Assembly (NCBI GenBank): GCA_964016885.1
Contig: OZ024743.1
Location: 27,838,001 to 27,902,000 of the forward strand
From: Eledone cirrhosa
Lineage: Eukaryota
DNA: 64,000 bases
Reading direction: 5' to 3'
How positions within the stretch are numbered: the stretch's first letter is position 1; each line of letters begins with the position of its first letter. The position numbers were made by a program, and so were the translations under genes. Shown in pieces: positions 1 to 15,479 of this stretch. The notes under the pieces were generated by a model. It ran no database searches, was not told where the DNA came from, and was given only the letters and a program-made list of their open reading frames with translations.

Positions 1-207
1 CGAACAATAAAATGGACAAATATACAAGTAAATATGATACAACCAATATTATAAGCATGTTATAACGAACGAATGTTATGGCCAGCGACACCCCTTGAAT
101 TTTTTATTCACAAGCTACGCATATATGTCAGAAACGCAGACTTAAAACATTCTGTTGTTAGTCACTGCGTGTCTAACAGATGTATATATATATACTGCGT
201 GTCTAAC

Positions 208-349
<142 letters not shown>

Positions 350-401
350 CAACAGAATGCTTTAAGTCTGCGTTATATATATATATATATATATATATAT
401 A

Positions 402-620
402 GGAAGGCGTGTGGCTGAGTGGTTAGAGAATTGGATTCACAATCTTGAGGTTGTGAGTTCGATTCCTGGACAGGGCGGTGCGTTATGTCCTTGAGCAAGG
501 CACTTTATTTCACGTTGCTCCTTCTACCTGGAGTTGCGACCGATAGATAGTATTAGCAACTGGAAAGACCAGCGGAAACATTGTTTCCTCGGTCCGATTT
601 GACGAAAGTCGATCGCTAAG
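402..620 (+). mobile_element. tRNA-derived SINE with CORE-like central box (family 1)
   Basis: A-box-like TGGCTGAGTGG and B-box GAGTTCGATTCC, then GTCCTTGAGCAAGGCACTT; related copies at 5293-5485 and 11398-11640. Confidence 0.8.
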
Positions 621-625
621 ATATA

Positions 626-907
626 TAGGAAAATGTATGACCCCGCCGGCAGAGCTCAAGCCGTTTCGACGGCTATTTCTAAATTAGAATTTTTAGCGTG
701 GTAAATAAATAGCCGAACTTTTCAAGGGGTAGGTTCGGCTATTTATTTACCACGCTAAAAATTCTAATTAAGTCCAGAAATAGCCGTCGAAACGGCTTGA
801 GCTCTGCCGTCGGGGTCATACATTTTCCTATTACCCACTCTACTAGCCTAAGTATTGAGTACTCTCTCTGGTGCGTTATGGTCCATCTGGTTCCTTACCA
901 CACCTCG
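626..907 (+). repeat. Palindromic PLE-terminus-like element, family A copy 1
   Basis: Inverted arms span 626-830, followed by a tail shared with 15195-15266 and 40081-40154 (reverse). Confidence 0.75.
640..730 (-). ncRNA. Type I hammerhead ribozyme motif (U3-A8 variant; cleavage triplet mutated in this arm)
   Basis: Minus strand: ACCCC TTGAAAA gttCGGCTATTT..AAATAGCCGtc GAAA CGGC..GCCG GC GGGGT. The right arm and the sister copies read GCCG-TC in at least one arm. Confidence 0.7.
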
Positions 908-1796
908 TTCGTTATATACTTATCTAGTTGTTTCGCAAGAATCATAAATTTGCAATCGTGTGCTTTTATTCCTAAATATACTAATATGTATATATACATG
1001 TTGCCCCAAAATGACTGACTGAACACATACATGCTTTTTTTCTTGTTTCTGTCTTCTGATGATGGGGTATACTCCAAAACATTATAACTCTTTTCCTACT
1101 ATATCAAGAGTTAAACTAATATTTCTTCATTGTGGTGTATTATTTGCTTTGAGGTTTTCGTTTCATTTCGCATACACATACATATACATACACACACACA
1201 CACTCTTTCTCTCTCTCTTTCTCACACACACAAACATACACACACACACATATTTACGGTATCAGAACATATCAATTATGTATGATATTTCTGCTTCTCG
1301 GTAGAAAAGCTCACTGGACATTAGATATACTAGCAGAAAAACCACCCGCCGGATAGTTTTCTGCTAGCATGTGTAGTGTGCATATTGATATTACATGCAA
1401 AAATACATGCATGTAGATATGATATGTCAAATAAAATCGTAATTGACAATATGCAGTGAGATTGAAGAGAGACTGTGTTAGACTCACTTCTGTAATCAAT
1501 AAAGTAACCCATGATACATTTTAAAAATATGATATTATATATAAACTGCATTACGGTGAAATGTAATGAAACCTTATATAACGCTGCAAATATACGGATG
1601 TTTATATAAGCAATGTAATAAGTGTTATGATATAATGGACGCTAACCGGAAGTGTAGACATTTGAACATTTTAAAAGAAGTGAATCTTAAAATAAACAAT
1701 CATTATATATAAGAATATTTATGTTTAATCAACAGCTACGAAATTTAGTAGATAAATTATGTAATATTCGTTAATTATTTATTCACAGAAAATAAA

Positions 1797-1985
1797 GGGC
1801 GGTGGATTGGCAGTATCAGTAGAGGGTCGGACGCCATGCTTTCCAGCATAGTTACGTCCCTTTACGATCTGAGTTCAAATCCCGCCGAGGTTGACTTTGC
1901 CTTTCATCCTTACGGAGTCGATAAAATAAAGTACCAGTAATGCACTGGGTAATTGCTGGCCTTGTGCCTAAAGTAGAGACAACTA
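1797..1985 (+). mobile_element. SINE family 2, full length
   Basis: B-box GAGTTCAAATCC then GACTTTGCCTTTCATCCTT..GTCGATAAAATAAAGTACCAG; nearly identical to 63358-63545. Confidence 0.85.
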
Positions 1986-2211
1986 TTTATTCAAAGTAAT
2001 CTAACTTATTTTACTAACGGGATAAAAAATATATATTCGGGACGCAGTTCCATACTCCTCCCTTTATTATAGTTATGATGTATACATATATATAGAGAGA
2101 AAGAGAGAGCCATATATCTTTTGAGAAACACAGAATTGTGTACACACGCAAAAGACATCATATTTAGGAAAAATACGTTCTTCAAAATGGAAAATATTCT
2201 TGTTACATAAT

Positions 2212-2309
2212 TGTTTCTACGTTTGGCACAAGGCCAGCAAATACCCAGTTCATCACTGGTACTTTCTTTTATCGACCCCGTAAGGATGAAAGGCAAAGTC
2301 AACCTCGGG
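2212..2309 (-). mobile_element. 5'-truncated SINE family 2 copy with 16-bp TSD
   Basis: ATTCTTGTTACATAAT duplicated at 2196-2211 and 2310-2325. Confidence 0.85.
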
Positions 2310-2612
2310 ATTCTTGTTACATAATGGCACCATTTTATGATTCTCGGAGCCATAATTTAAAATCGATCTAAGTAATTGATCATCGATCATCATCTATCGA
2401 TTTTGTTAAGGTTAGTGGGAGACGCGAATCAATCATCAGAGGAATTTACGTAATTAAATAAAGATGCAATAAAGTATATTGTACAAAATACTTATCTATA
2501 TCTGCCGGGATCTGCGAGTTATGCCAACACGATAGACAAGATGGTGTAATAACGATTAACCCATGGTGGCAGATACAAACAATACTTAATTTGAATTATT
2601 GATGCTCTAGCC

Positions 2613-3279
2613 CAGTGTTTCCCAACGTGGGCGCTAGTATCCCCTTGTGGACGCTGTTGTGTTGAAAGGGGGCGGTCGGAGTTTTTATTTCATGGGGGGG
2701 GGGGTATACTCAGGTGCCGCAATGGGTATTTATCCATTTTTTCGTCTTTCAAATCTTTTTCTGTCAAATTTTCAAAAATTGAAAAAACACTTCTTCCACT
2801 TTCGTGACACCAAGCGAATTGGCATCATGTGTAACTGGTGTCGCAAAAGGGAAACCCTCAAAACAAAAACAAATACGAAAAAACAGATGAATGGTGACAG
2901 ACGACTAAAAGAAAAAAAACAACAAAATAATGAATAAAAGCGAAAAGAGTTGTGGTCAGAATTTTGGATGAAACTGGCGTTTGGGAGTGACTGATATGTG
3001 TGTTTGTATGTATGGGTATGTTTGTATGTATATGATTGCGTGTATGTGAGTGTGTTGCCCCTTTGAATTCCTTTCTGCGATTGAACTTAAATTGACACCT
3101 GGTGATTAAAGGCCCAACCACACACTCACACACACACACATTTGTTTTAGGTTTCGTACCCATTTGATGTAAGATGAATTCAGTATCTTTTTTGAAATTT
3201 AATTTGACAGGGGGGGGGGGTTGACAAAAAGGTTTGCGCTCAAAGGGGGCGCTGACTGAAAATAGGTTGGAAAACCATG
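2613..3279. mobile_element. Non-autonomous hAT (Charlie-like) transposon
   Basis: Imperfect TIRs CAGTGTTTCCCAAC / GTTGGAAAACCATG; perfect 8-bp TSD CTCTAGCC at 2605-2612 and 3280-3287. Confidence 0.9.
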
Positions 3280-3829
3280 CTCTAGCCATTGAGCTTTTCT
3301 TCTGAGAAACACATATATCATATATAATATAAATATATATCCTGATACTTTAATGGTTTATATAACAGCTCCAAGTTCATTATTTGTTGAGCTGCTCACA
3401 CTGCGACTAATATTTCGCAGCTCTATGACGTTCAGTTCTGTTTGTATCTGCTCCCATGGGTTAACAGTTATTACACCACTTTGTTTATCGTGTTGGTAGA
3501 TCCTGGCAGCTTTTGTACAATATATTTTTTTGCAACTTTATATATGATAATAAGAGACATGCATAGGCGGGTAAATGTTATGTCGTTGAACATATGATGG
3601 CGTGCTATTTAGTTACTGCCATTTACGTGGCCAGTTTAATGATAATTACTTGAGTAATGGACTGATCCTCCATTTCAAAATCAATAGGGCTTATTACCAG
3701 TTGGTGGATATTTCAGATTACTGAAAGAACCAGCAAATAACCATTGCTATGCATTTGAGGGTGGAATAAATAATTAATAATATGTGTGTATACATAAATA
3801 TAATATGTATACATACATATGTATATATG

Positions 3830-4330
3830 TTTCTCTTTCTCTTAATTTCGAGTAAATTTTTGACGGGCCACCTTCCTGGTGGCAAGGCTGTAAAAGAAAA
3901 GAAATTGTCTTTCCTTGAATCGCAAGAATGTTTTGCAAAGTTTGAAGGCGCCAGCTATCGCAGCCATTTGTAGTCTATGAATTAGGGAGCTGCGTTTTTT
4001 GTCCACACATTCAAGTTCAGCTATACTTAGGTCCAAGCGGGCTGGTATATAAGCTGTAGCTCGAACAATGATGGGTATGAAGCTAAAGGTGTATCTTGGA
4101 TAGTGGATCCTCAAACGCCTCATCAATAGTCCGTAGATATCCTCCTTCGCTTGTATTTTTCTTACAACGTTGACATCAAGTGGGCAGCTGGTCTCTATAA
4201 CAGAGCACGTTTTCAATGTGTGGTCCCAAATAACAATATCAGGCCGGTTGTCTTTTAATTAGGTGGCAGTTTTTATTTTCTGGTTACACTAGTATTCTTT
4301 AGTGACATCTATCTAAACATATTCCTCATC
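3830..4330 (-). pseudogene. R4/Dong-like RLE endonuclease 3' fragment
   Basis: Translates NRPDIVIWD..CSVIETSCP..FIPII; similar to the RLE region at 60030-60365. Confidence 0.8.
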
Positions 4331-4397
4331 GTATGTATGTATGTATTATGTAAGTATATATTTATGTATGTATGTATATATATATATATATAGCTGT

Positions 4398-5006
4398 GTC
4401 GGATCACTCTTGTCTGCTACTGGTAACATGTAACCCAGTACAACATGTATATGGTCGGATCATCAGTGACTAAACCGGCAACCACACCAAGTTTACTTGG
4501 CGAGGAGGGCGATTTTGGACACCCTGCAGGACAAAAAACAGAACCTGACAAAGGGCAGAAAAACTCATAAGAGTCAACGGCCATCCAAAAGTTTGTAAAT
4601 ATGTATATACACATGTACATATGTGTATATACATGGGTGCATGTGTATGTATATACGCGGGGACATAGAAATAGTCGGGCTGGACACCCGATTACGCGGT
4701 TAAACCACTGTGAGTGAAGGACCCCTAGCATTTGTCAGGGGATTCTTCTAGGAGAAGCCATCTCAGGAAACTGGGATAACTCCGATATAAACCTGCGGCT
4801 CAGTAGTTACTGATGATGTTGATCTTTTCTTCTTTTCGGGTTATAGCTACTGTCGCTCAGAGAGTGGGATTGGCTCAGTGCACAGTCTTTCCTCACTTTA
4901 AAAAATATCTTCACGCACAGGCATTTCACAATAGAATTAATTAATAATTATTAATAATGGTTTATCGTGCAACGGCCATACTCGATAACGAGGGAGCAGC
5001 CATCAT
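4398..5006 (+). mobile_element. Bipartite ORF-less RTE derivative, subfamily B
   Basis: 5' module matches the RTE 5'UTR at 52760-53060; 3' hairpin CTCG-ATAA-CGAG then GCAGCCATCAT. Confidence 0.85.
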
Positions 5007-5027
5007 ATGGCTTTGTATGTATAATAT

Positions 5028-5201
5028 TTGTTTCTACTTTAGGCACAAGGCCAGCAAATACCCAGTTCATTACTGGTACTTTATTTTATCGACCCCGTAA
5101 GGATGAAAGGCAAAGTCAACCTCGGCGGGATTTGAACTCAGATCGTAAAGGGACGTAACTATGCTGGAAAGCATGGCGTCCGACCTCTACCGATACTGCC
5201 A
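5028..5201 (-). mobile_element. SINE family 2
   Basis: Reverse complement of 1797-1985. Confidence 0.85.
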
Positions 5202-5292
5202 TTAATACTTACGAATACACACACACACATACATACATACACACACACATATATATATATACATACATATATACATGTACATATATCGACAG

Positions 5293-5751
<459 letters not shown>

Positions 5752-5907
5752 AATAATAGTTAAATGCAGTCCACTTAGGTGAAGTCCAGTTATGGTATTC
5801 CAGGTAGTGGATGATATTAACGCTTGGCTTGGTTTGACTCAACAAGGCGTTTTCATAGTGATGATGCTGGTATGCTGTAATTCCTATGTTGTAAACACTT
5901 GGAGTAA

Positions 5908-7501
<1,594 letters not shown>

Positions 7502-7567
<66 letters not shown>

Positions 7568-7601
7568 TATATGTATAGTTATATATATATATATATGTAT
7601 G

Positions 7602-7684
<83 letters not shown>

Positions 7685-7697
7685 GTGTATGTATGTG

Positions 7698-7737
<40 letters not shown>

Positions 7738-7789
7738 TGTATGTATGTATATATATGCATGTATGTATATATATATATATATATATACA

Positions 7790-7833
<44 letters not shown>

Positions 7834-7907
7834 CATATATATATACATATACACATGTGTGTGTATATATTTATATGTATGTTTGTATGTATGTATATAT
7901 ATGCATG

Positions 7908-7985
<78 letters not shown>
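7502..7985. repeat. (TA)n-rich compound microsatellite, representative of many in the window
   Basis: Direct reading; similar tracts at 211-346, 5487-5748, 10965-11082, 13885-13977, 39770-40010 and 57000-57500. Confidence 0.98.
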
Positions 7986-7986
<1 letters not shown>

Positions 7987-9298
7987 GATATTAAACAAAT
8001 GGAAACTATATTTATAAAACCATATTTATTTCGTTATATATATTTCTGGGATATCATATTAAAAATATGGTATGCCTTCCTCAAACAAAATACAATATAT
8101 AAGCTGTTTTATAAATAATTTTGACATACCTTAGAATAATGCAACTTCCATTTAAAAAGTTGATTTGGTAGTGAACCTGTTAAGGACAGTTATATAGTAA
8201 GAAAGACGAAGAAAAACGAAGATAAAAAGAAGACGATGAAGAGATGTATGTAAAGAAAAACAACAGAGCGAGATAGAGAGAGAAGGAGATATGGGAGAGA
8301 GAAATATATTAAGGAAGTGAAAAAATAGTAGGCAGCTTGGGGACAGATGATCAGCGTACAAGTGAGAGGTTAAAATAGCCGACACATAAATCACGTCCAG
8401 TGTAGAGGAGAAAAAGAAATAAAGATGATATATTTAAAATATATTAAAAATATATTATGTCTCATCCATTTGAATTATCAATTTTTATGAATTAGGTATT
8501 ATAATGTAAATATCAGTATTCGTGAATGAAACACATATCCATAATGTGTGAAAAAAATGACCCCATGCTTAGTTTAAAAATTCTTAGGTCTATAAGCAAA
8601 ATCTGAGACAAAACTTCAAACATAAGTATATATGCATTCTCATGAAAAAAGAAAAAAGAGAAAAGAGAATGTTATCTCAAATTCAAGTTGATAATTATAG
8701 ACACACATGTGAACTTACGTGATATGCTCCGCAGATTCTTATTTTTCATGAAAATCTTCATTGCGTTACAAAAGATTCCACCATACATAAAATATACATT
8801 AACATTTATAGTAATATTCCTGCCCTCACTTACATGATTATCGATCAAGCATAGAATAGACAACAGATATCAATATTAAAAACGCCAAGAATATCTTCAT
8901 CACTCCACAGAGTATCTAGGGACGTAAGAGAACATAGTATGCCACGCATATCAGTCACATAAAACCACCCTTCCAATTTATTTGATAATATGTTGTCAAG
9001 TTCATTAGAAGCAATCAGAATCAAAAGCAAACAAAAACCAAAATTGTTCAACAAACCTTATTTAGCAGAAATCATTCAAAACTTATTCTACAAATGCTCT
9101 TATATTTATTATAGAAGTTTATCTAGCTTAAAAATTTATTCAAAAGATTGGGAACATCGCCAATTTTAGGGTAGTTTAATTAATCTCATTAATTATATAT
9201 TCATGCAGAAAGGTTTTAAAAAATTGAAGGTATCGAAAGATTTATCGCCAAGTTTCATAAATAGTTAAATATCTTAAGTAAATATACTACATTTTATA

Positions 9299-9690
9299 CT
9301 ACATTTTAAATTTATATTTATATTTAAAAGTTGAGTTCAATCTATGTCTGCAGCAGCTGAATAAATTGGTTCGTAAATTAAGGGAATTTTTAGATTTTAG
9401 TATAAAGAATATCTCCTCCGCGCAGAGGTCACATGTCTCAGAAGAGGAATTAAAAGGAATCCCTTTTGAGACTATATTCCAAACCATCGAATATCCAACT
9501 TTATCATGTTTAAGTTGCCAGAGTAAGCCTGATAGTGATGTTGAAGATTTTTTATTTGGATCCGTGAAAGAATTTTTGTGATTATTATAGCGAAGTTTAA
9601 ATTCTGTAAACCTACTCCAAAAACTGTTGAGTGCTTTTATATCAGTTATAAAATATTTACTCGTTGTAACCCACCAATTTTAAATAAAAC
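9299..9690 (-). pseudogene. Penelope-like element GIY-YIG C-terminal remnant
   Basis: FKLRYNNHKNSF..SLSGLLWQLK..WNIV..CDLCAEE..LNLRTNLFSCCRHR, the pattern seen at PLE C-termini; abuts (TA)n. Confidence 0.8.
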
Positions 9691-9693
9691 TTT

Positions 9694-9741
<48 letters not shown>

Positions 9742-10559
9742 TGCATATATATATATTTATATATATACATATATATATATATACATATACACATATCATA
9801 TGTCAAAGATAATGGATATATATTAGCAAATGTACTTCTCAAGAACACAGGGGATTACAATATCCCTGGAAACTTTATAACTTCTTTTATATACAAACAT
9901 TGGTAATTTGGAGTACAAAAGCGATATCGTTATGTTATAAATAGTCTAATTTTGCTGAAACCCATAAATGTCATGAGATTGGCAACGTGCAGAAATGTTC
10001 ATTTATCCTGAGGACATGAGTGCAATATTCAGGAAATTAAACTCTCCAATGATAAAATGAAAATGTTTGCAGTTATATTTGTCAAACATCAATGTATATC
10101 ATTGTTCACATTGTAAAATTATAGGCGGTAGAATCGTTAGAAAGTTCAATATTTATTCCGAGGCATCGTATTCTTAGTTCAAAACATGCTGAGGTCCACT
10201 TTGTCTTTCTTTTTTCTGGGGCGATTAAAGTGTACCAGACATGTGCTGGTGTAATACACACACAACACACGCACACAAACAACCACACACACACACACAC
10301 ACACTCCTATCTCTCTTTATCTCTCTCTCTTTCTCTTTCTTTCTTTCTTTTTTCTCCCTCTCTCTCTCTCTCTTTCTCTCTCTGGATTCTGGGGGATTAG
10401 GTTAAAGAGGGTCTAGAGGGTGTCCGTATCTGCATGGGCCTCTAAAACCATCAGCGAACTCATGCTACATACTACCCATAATACTTAATTGCGAGTAACG
10501 GCTATAGTTATACACACAGACACACAGATACACATATCCCCCCATATATATATATATAT

Positions 10560-10654
<95 letters not shown>

Positions 10655-10683
10655 AGTGGTAACACAACAGTTAGTTCTCCATA

Positions 10684-10723
10684 CCGAGAACAATTGTTTC
10701 ACCTTAGCGGATCTTCAGCTCAG
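10684..10723 (-). ncRNA. Minimal type I hammerhead ribozyme motif
   Basis: Minus strand: CTGAG CTGAAGA tCC gctaa GGt GAAA CAATTG TT CTCGG; palindromic stem III, weak stem II. Confidence 0.6.
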
Positions 10724-10991
10724 AAATGGAAATCCGCTTGGATTATCTATTTGTTTGGGGATCTGAAACCGCGGTAAAGGCTCATATAGTAAGTACAGTG
10801 AATATTTTGAAATTTATTTTAAAATGTTTTCTTTATTTGCTTTCCCTTGATTTTATATGTTCTGGCTTGTTAATTTATTAACTTGCCATTGAACCACACA
10901 GGCATACGGTCGGACTATACTTGTATCCCTATGTGTATTATTTACATGTAGCAACACATACTTTTATATATATATATACACTGTATATATG

Positions 10992-11086
<95 letters not shown>

Positions 11087-11397
11087 AGTAAGGTTGCTTG
11101 GATGCGTCCATAGGCGGTATTAGTAATTATAACGATACTGTATATCTTATAGATCTTATTAGTATTGCCACGTATATAATTGCTAGAATTACTAAACCAT
11201 AGTTGGAAACTCTAATCGGGAGGTTATTTTAAGTTATTTTAAGTTATTTGTAAGAAAATAAAGATCTTATGATGCGTGTTTACTAATGTTTTCAAAATAC
11301 TCAATTTAAATCTGATATTAGTATAAAACAAACAATATTAATTACAAATACTGTTGCATAACGTAGAGTCCTTTTGTATGTTTCATTAGAAACACTA

Positions 11398-11640
11398 GGG
11401 AGGCGCATGGCCTAGTGGTTAGAGAATTGGGCTTGCAATCGAAAGGTTGTAAGTGCAATTCTTGGACCGGATGGTGTGTTGTTTCCTTGAGAAAGACACT
11501 TTATTTCACGTTGCTCCAGTTTACTCAGCTGTAGAAATGAGATGATAGGATTTGGGGCCTATCATTAAATTACCCAAGACACCTCCAGCGATATATACCT
11601 TGGGGAAGGCCAGCTAAACCCGCATAGGGGTGAGCTGTCA
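11398..11640 (+). mobile_element. tRNA-derived SINE family 1, diverged
   Basis: GGCGCATGGCCTAGTGGTTAGAG..TCCTTGAGAAAGACACTTTATTTCACGTTGCTCC. Confidence 0.7.
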
Positions 11641-13005
11641 CACACAAACAGACACATTAGAAACCCTATTTTTATTTATAAACCCTATAATCCTTGATTT
11701 GACATAGTGCCTGGTACTTATTGTCTCGACACTGAAAAGACGAACACATAATGTAAATAGACAAAGGAAAACATTGTAGTATATTATAATAAAGTAGTAG
11801 CCATCTTTTAATCCCTTCAAAATCGATCCAGAATGCAAAAATAATTAAATTCTAGTTGAAATGGGAATATTTAGGGTACCGGGCAATCAATTAATAGGAG
11901 GGAAATTCTTATCCTGTCACCGATATAGCCTGCTTTCATGATCAAAACGTTTAATTATAATGGACTATTACACCAAACTGTGTCTATGGAAATACAGTCT
12001 CCCTTGTTTGAAGTAGGTACCACAAGTAAGTACAGTCACTGTATTTATAAGAAGGCGACCCTGAAAGGTACATTTTATCTCGATGTACGTAAGTACCATG
12101 ATGATATGAAGAATACTGAATTGTAACTAGATATCACATAATAGTATAGCTAGTTCTCCTAAGCTGAAGAAGAATTTAAAATCTGATGCTCTTCAGGGCA
12201 TGGAATGCTACCCACTATAACCATATCCAAGGAAATGTTTCCTACAAACTTAAAACTATGTAAACCAGAGTTGAGTACCGGTCCCATAAATGGAATATGA
12301 TTATAATAATATTGTATAACATTGTCGCAATCTACCTTAACATTTAAATACCTGTGGTAATGTAATAGTGCAGCAGAGTTTCCTCTTATTACATTATCAA
12401 CACTCTCACCCTCCATCTTCTACGCTATCAAAAACTGCTTAAAGTATCACAAAAGTAGCACAATGACCTTGATAAAATCTGATATCATATGACAACCTCC
12501 TTTTCAACGTATGCGTAATTTATTTGAAAAAAAATCATATTAATATCTCCCAGCAATGCCTTATCCAGAAATAATCATTGATTGTCGAATTGATGTTGCT
12601 AGGCAATAATTTCAGACACTTCTTCCCCAAACCAATATTTTCAGAACAAATTTTCAATTAAAATTTCCCCGTATTTAATTAGTTTGTTTCCATATTTTAA
12701 TTTTGCTGCTATCTCCACTTAAAAAGAATAATTCTACTGATGCATAAAATAAAAGAACTCAACCCGAAACATCTTTAATACGAGTTTAGAGCTACCAATA
12801 CTTCGACAATTAAGCAAATCAAGTATACAAGGAAATTTGCAATCAAGATTATAATTGATAAACATTTACTAAGTATATTTACTCTTCAATTTGAGGAATA
12901 ATAATTACACAGAATTAGATGAGTAGTTTTTAGATTATAGCATTCATTTGCGTATTTCTGAATCTAATACTAGACATATTGATACGAAACATGCTAGACT
13001 CCTAT

Positions 13006-13068
<63 letters not shown>

Positions 13069-13378
13069 TATATATATATATATATCACAAAAAAAGGAAA
13101 ATCTGCTTCGTTGAATCAAGACGTATCTGAGGACTTTGCGATTTTCAGAGTCAGGTTCGATCATCACATCGATCGTGCCTCAAGCTGGTCTCCAGAGAAA
13201 CGATTGTAATATGTCCAATAAATTCCATTCGTCGCAACACTGATCCTCTTTTTTGTGATATCATACTCTGCTCTATGAGACCATCGAGTGCTCAAACAGC
13301 CGACCGCATACGGACGGTTTAAGCATCCAACACCAATTATATATATATATTTATATATATATATACATATATATGTAT

Positions 13379-13414
<36 letters not shown>

Positions 13415-13418
<4 letters not shown>

Positions 13419-13544
13419 CTATCGCCGTATTTTGACTAAAGAAATTAAAGAAATTAAAGAAATTATTTCTCCGAGGGTTCTTAACCCCACTATCAGGCTA
13501 AATAATTTCTTTAATTTATTTAGTCAAAATACGGCGATAGCTTA
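13415..13544. repeat. Short inverted repeat insert in (TA)n
   Basis: TAAGCTATCGCCGTATTTTGACTAAA.. / ..TTTAGTCAAAATACGGCGATAGCTTA. Confidence 0.9.
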
Positions 13545-13602
13545 CATTTCTGATAATTTCAAACCCACTCGCTGTTTCGAAAATATTCTTACTTGATATA
13601 CA

Positions 13603-13640
<38 letters not shown>

Positions 13641-13688
13641 AAAATAATGAAATAAAAACAAAGAACAAGTTTCTTATGTTAAAAAATT

Positions 13689-13813
13689 CATCATTTTACG
13701 ATCGTTTCTGGGATGTATATGTATATCATGTTTAAGATCTATGTAAAAGTATTACAAATTATCAGAGGAAATATACATTCCTTCACATATACATGCCGTC
13801 CTCAGAAATGATG
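13689..13813 (-). ncRNA. Type I hammerhead ribozyme motif with long stem II
   Basis: Minus strand: CATCATTT CTGAGGA cGGcATGTATATGT..ACATATACATcCCa GAAA CGATCG TA AAATGATG; 8-bp stem I, palindromic stem III. Confidence 0.8.
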
Positions 13814-13881
13814 GATTACATTGGATTACATTGAATTCTTCATACGGATTGGACACTGCCGTATATTTTGGTAGATTTAGC

Positions 13882-13980
<99 letters not shown>

Positions 13981-14050
13981 TATGAAGAGAGAAGAAACAT
14001 TTAGATATAATTAGTAATAAAATGTATCATACTTAAACTGCTCCTAAATT

Positions 14051-14136
14051 CCTCGACTACGTAGTTTCGTGGCATAAACAAAAACAATATATCAAAGATA
14101 TAGAGTCCCTGCGAGGTCTGCCGACTTATCAAGAGG
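14051..14136 (-). ncRNA. Hammerhead ribozyme motif, tandem copy 1 (U3-A8 variant)
   Basis: Minus strand: CCTC TTGATAA GTcGGCA..TGCCAC GAAA CTACGTAG TC GAGG. Confidence 0.8.
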
Positions 14137-14643
14137 ATACCTCATTTTACTAGTCTCAAGAACGCGTCTACACGACGTGAGAAAGAATCCCAAAAGGCGG
14201 AGGGGGAGATAGTCACGCGATATAACGGTCGAGAAACAGAGCTAAGCCTCTTATAACCACGAAGAAAATACCACGGAGGCGGAGGGGGTATTCATATCGA
14301 GGCCGTAGAAGAGGTGGTGAAGAAGGCGAGAAGTATGAGTAATGGAAGCTTTCCAGTTGTCCCCACACTTCAAAGATTGCTCGACCAGAGGGAGTTATTA
14401 ACAATATATTTAGAAACACACAGATACATGCGGACACACACATATATACATGAATGCATCCGCACCCAACTGTGAGTTAAGGGTGCCAACTTCACCGATG
14501 TTGCTCAATGAATGACTGGGACAGACCAATTCAGTTGAACTAGACTGAACCAGTATCAGAGTTAAAAATACATTATGAAGAGAGAAGAAACATTTAGATA
14601 TAATTAGTAATAAAATGTATCATACCTAAACTGCTCCTAAATT

Positions 14644-14729
14644 CCTCGACTACGTAGTTTCGTGGCATAAACAAAAACAATATATCAAAGATATAGAGTC
14701 CCTGCGAGGTCTGCCGACTTATCAAGAGG
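14644..14729 (-). ncRNA. Hammerhead ribozyme motif, tandem copy 2
   Basis: Same sequence as 14051-14136. Confidence 0.8.
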
Positions 14730-15086
14730 ATACCTCATTTTACTAGTCTCAAGAACGCGTCTACACGACGTGAGAAAGAATCCCAAAAGGCGGAGGAGGA
14801 GATAGTCACGCGATATAACGGTCGAGAAACAGAGCTAAGCCTCTTATAACCACGAAGAAAATACCACGGAGGCGGAGGGGGTATTCATATCGAGGCCGTT
14901 TATTAACTCTGATACTGGTTCAGTCTAGTTCAACTGAATTGGTCTGTCCCAGTCATTCATTGAGCAACATCGGTGAAGTAGGCACCCTTAACTCACAGTT
15001 GGGTGCGGATGCATTCATGTATATATGTGTGTGTCCGCATGTATCTGTGTGTTTCTAAATATATTATATATATATATATATATATA

Positions 15087-15264
15087 ATAGGAAAAAAGTA
15101 TGACCCCGACGGCAGAACTCAAGCCGTTTCGACGGCTATTTCTGGACGTCGAAATGGCTTGAGCTCTGCCGTCGGGGTCATACTTTTTTCCTATTTCCCA
15201 CTCTACTGCCCTAAGTATTGAGTACTCTGGTGCGTTATGGTCCATTTGGTTCCTTAGCACAATT

Positions 15265-15266
<2 letters not shown>
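15087..15266 (+). repeat. Palindromic family A copy 2
   Basis: Arms span 15087-15194; same tail as copy 1; (TA)n on both sides. Confidence 0.8.
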
Positions 15267-15300
<34 letters not shown>

Positions 15301-15307
<7 letters not shown>

Positions 15308-15369
15308 ATACTTTGGGAGGGTCATGTTGCCAATAAGAAACACACGCACCCTCCCAAAGTATAACAATA
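15301..15369. repeat. Short inverted repeat in (TA)n
   Basis: TATTGTTATACTTTGGGAGGGT / ACCCTCCCAAAGTATAACAATA. Confidence 0.85.
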
Positions 15370-15479
15370 TCGGTTTCAACACACGATTTCAGATAAAGAA
15401 TCTTGCTAAACAAATTCAGAAACGAAATATATATATATACATATATATGTATAACAAATATATATATATATATATATAT

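Larger units (their letters stand above)
13976..15065 (-). mobile_element. PLE pseudo-LTR structure (partial tandem plus inverted segment)
   Basis: About 13976-14306 directly repeated at 14569-14899; about 14403-14565 inverted at 14903-15065; each direct repeat carries a hammerhead; flanked by (TA)n. Confidence 0.85.

Noticed and set aside
402-475. tRNA gene
   Set aside because: tRNA-like head continues into a repeated SINE body; no clean cloverleaf.
1342-1368. Helitron 3' hairpin
   Set aside because: Single small hairpin with no second copy or 5' end to support it.
8672-9054. Secreted or CUB-like protein exons
   Set aside because: Only vague resemblance; frames broken and no splice support.
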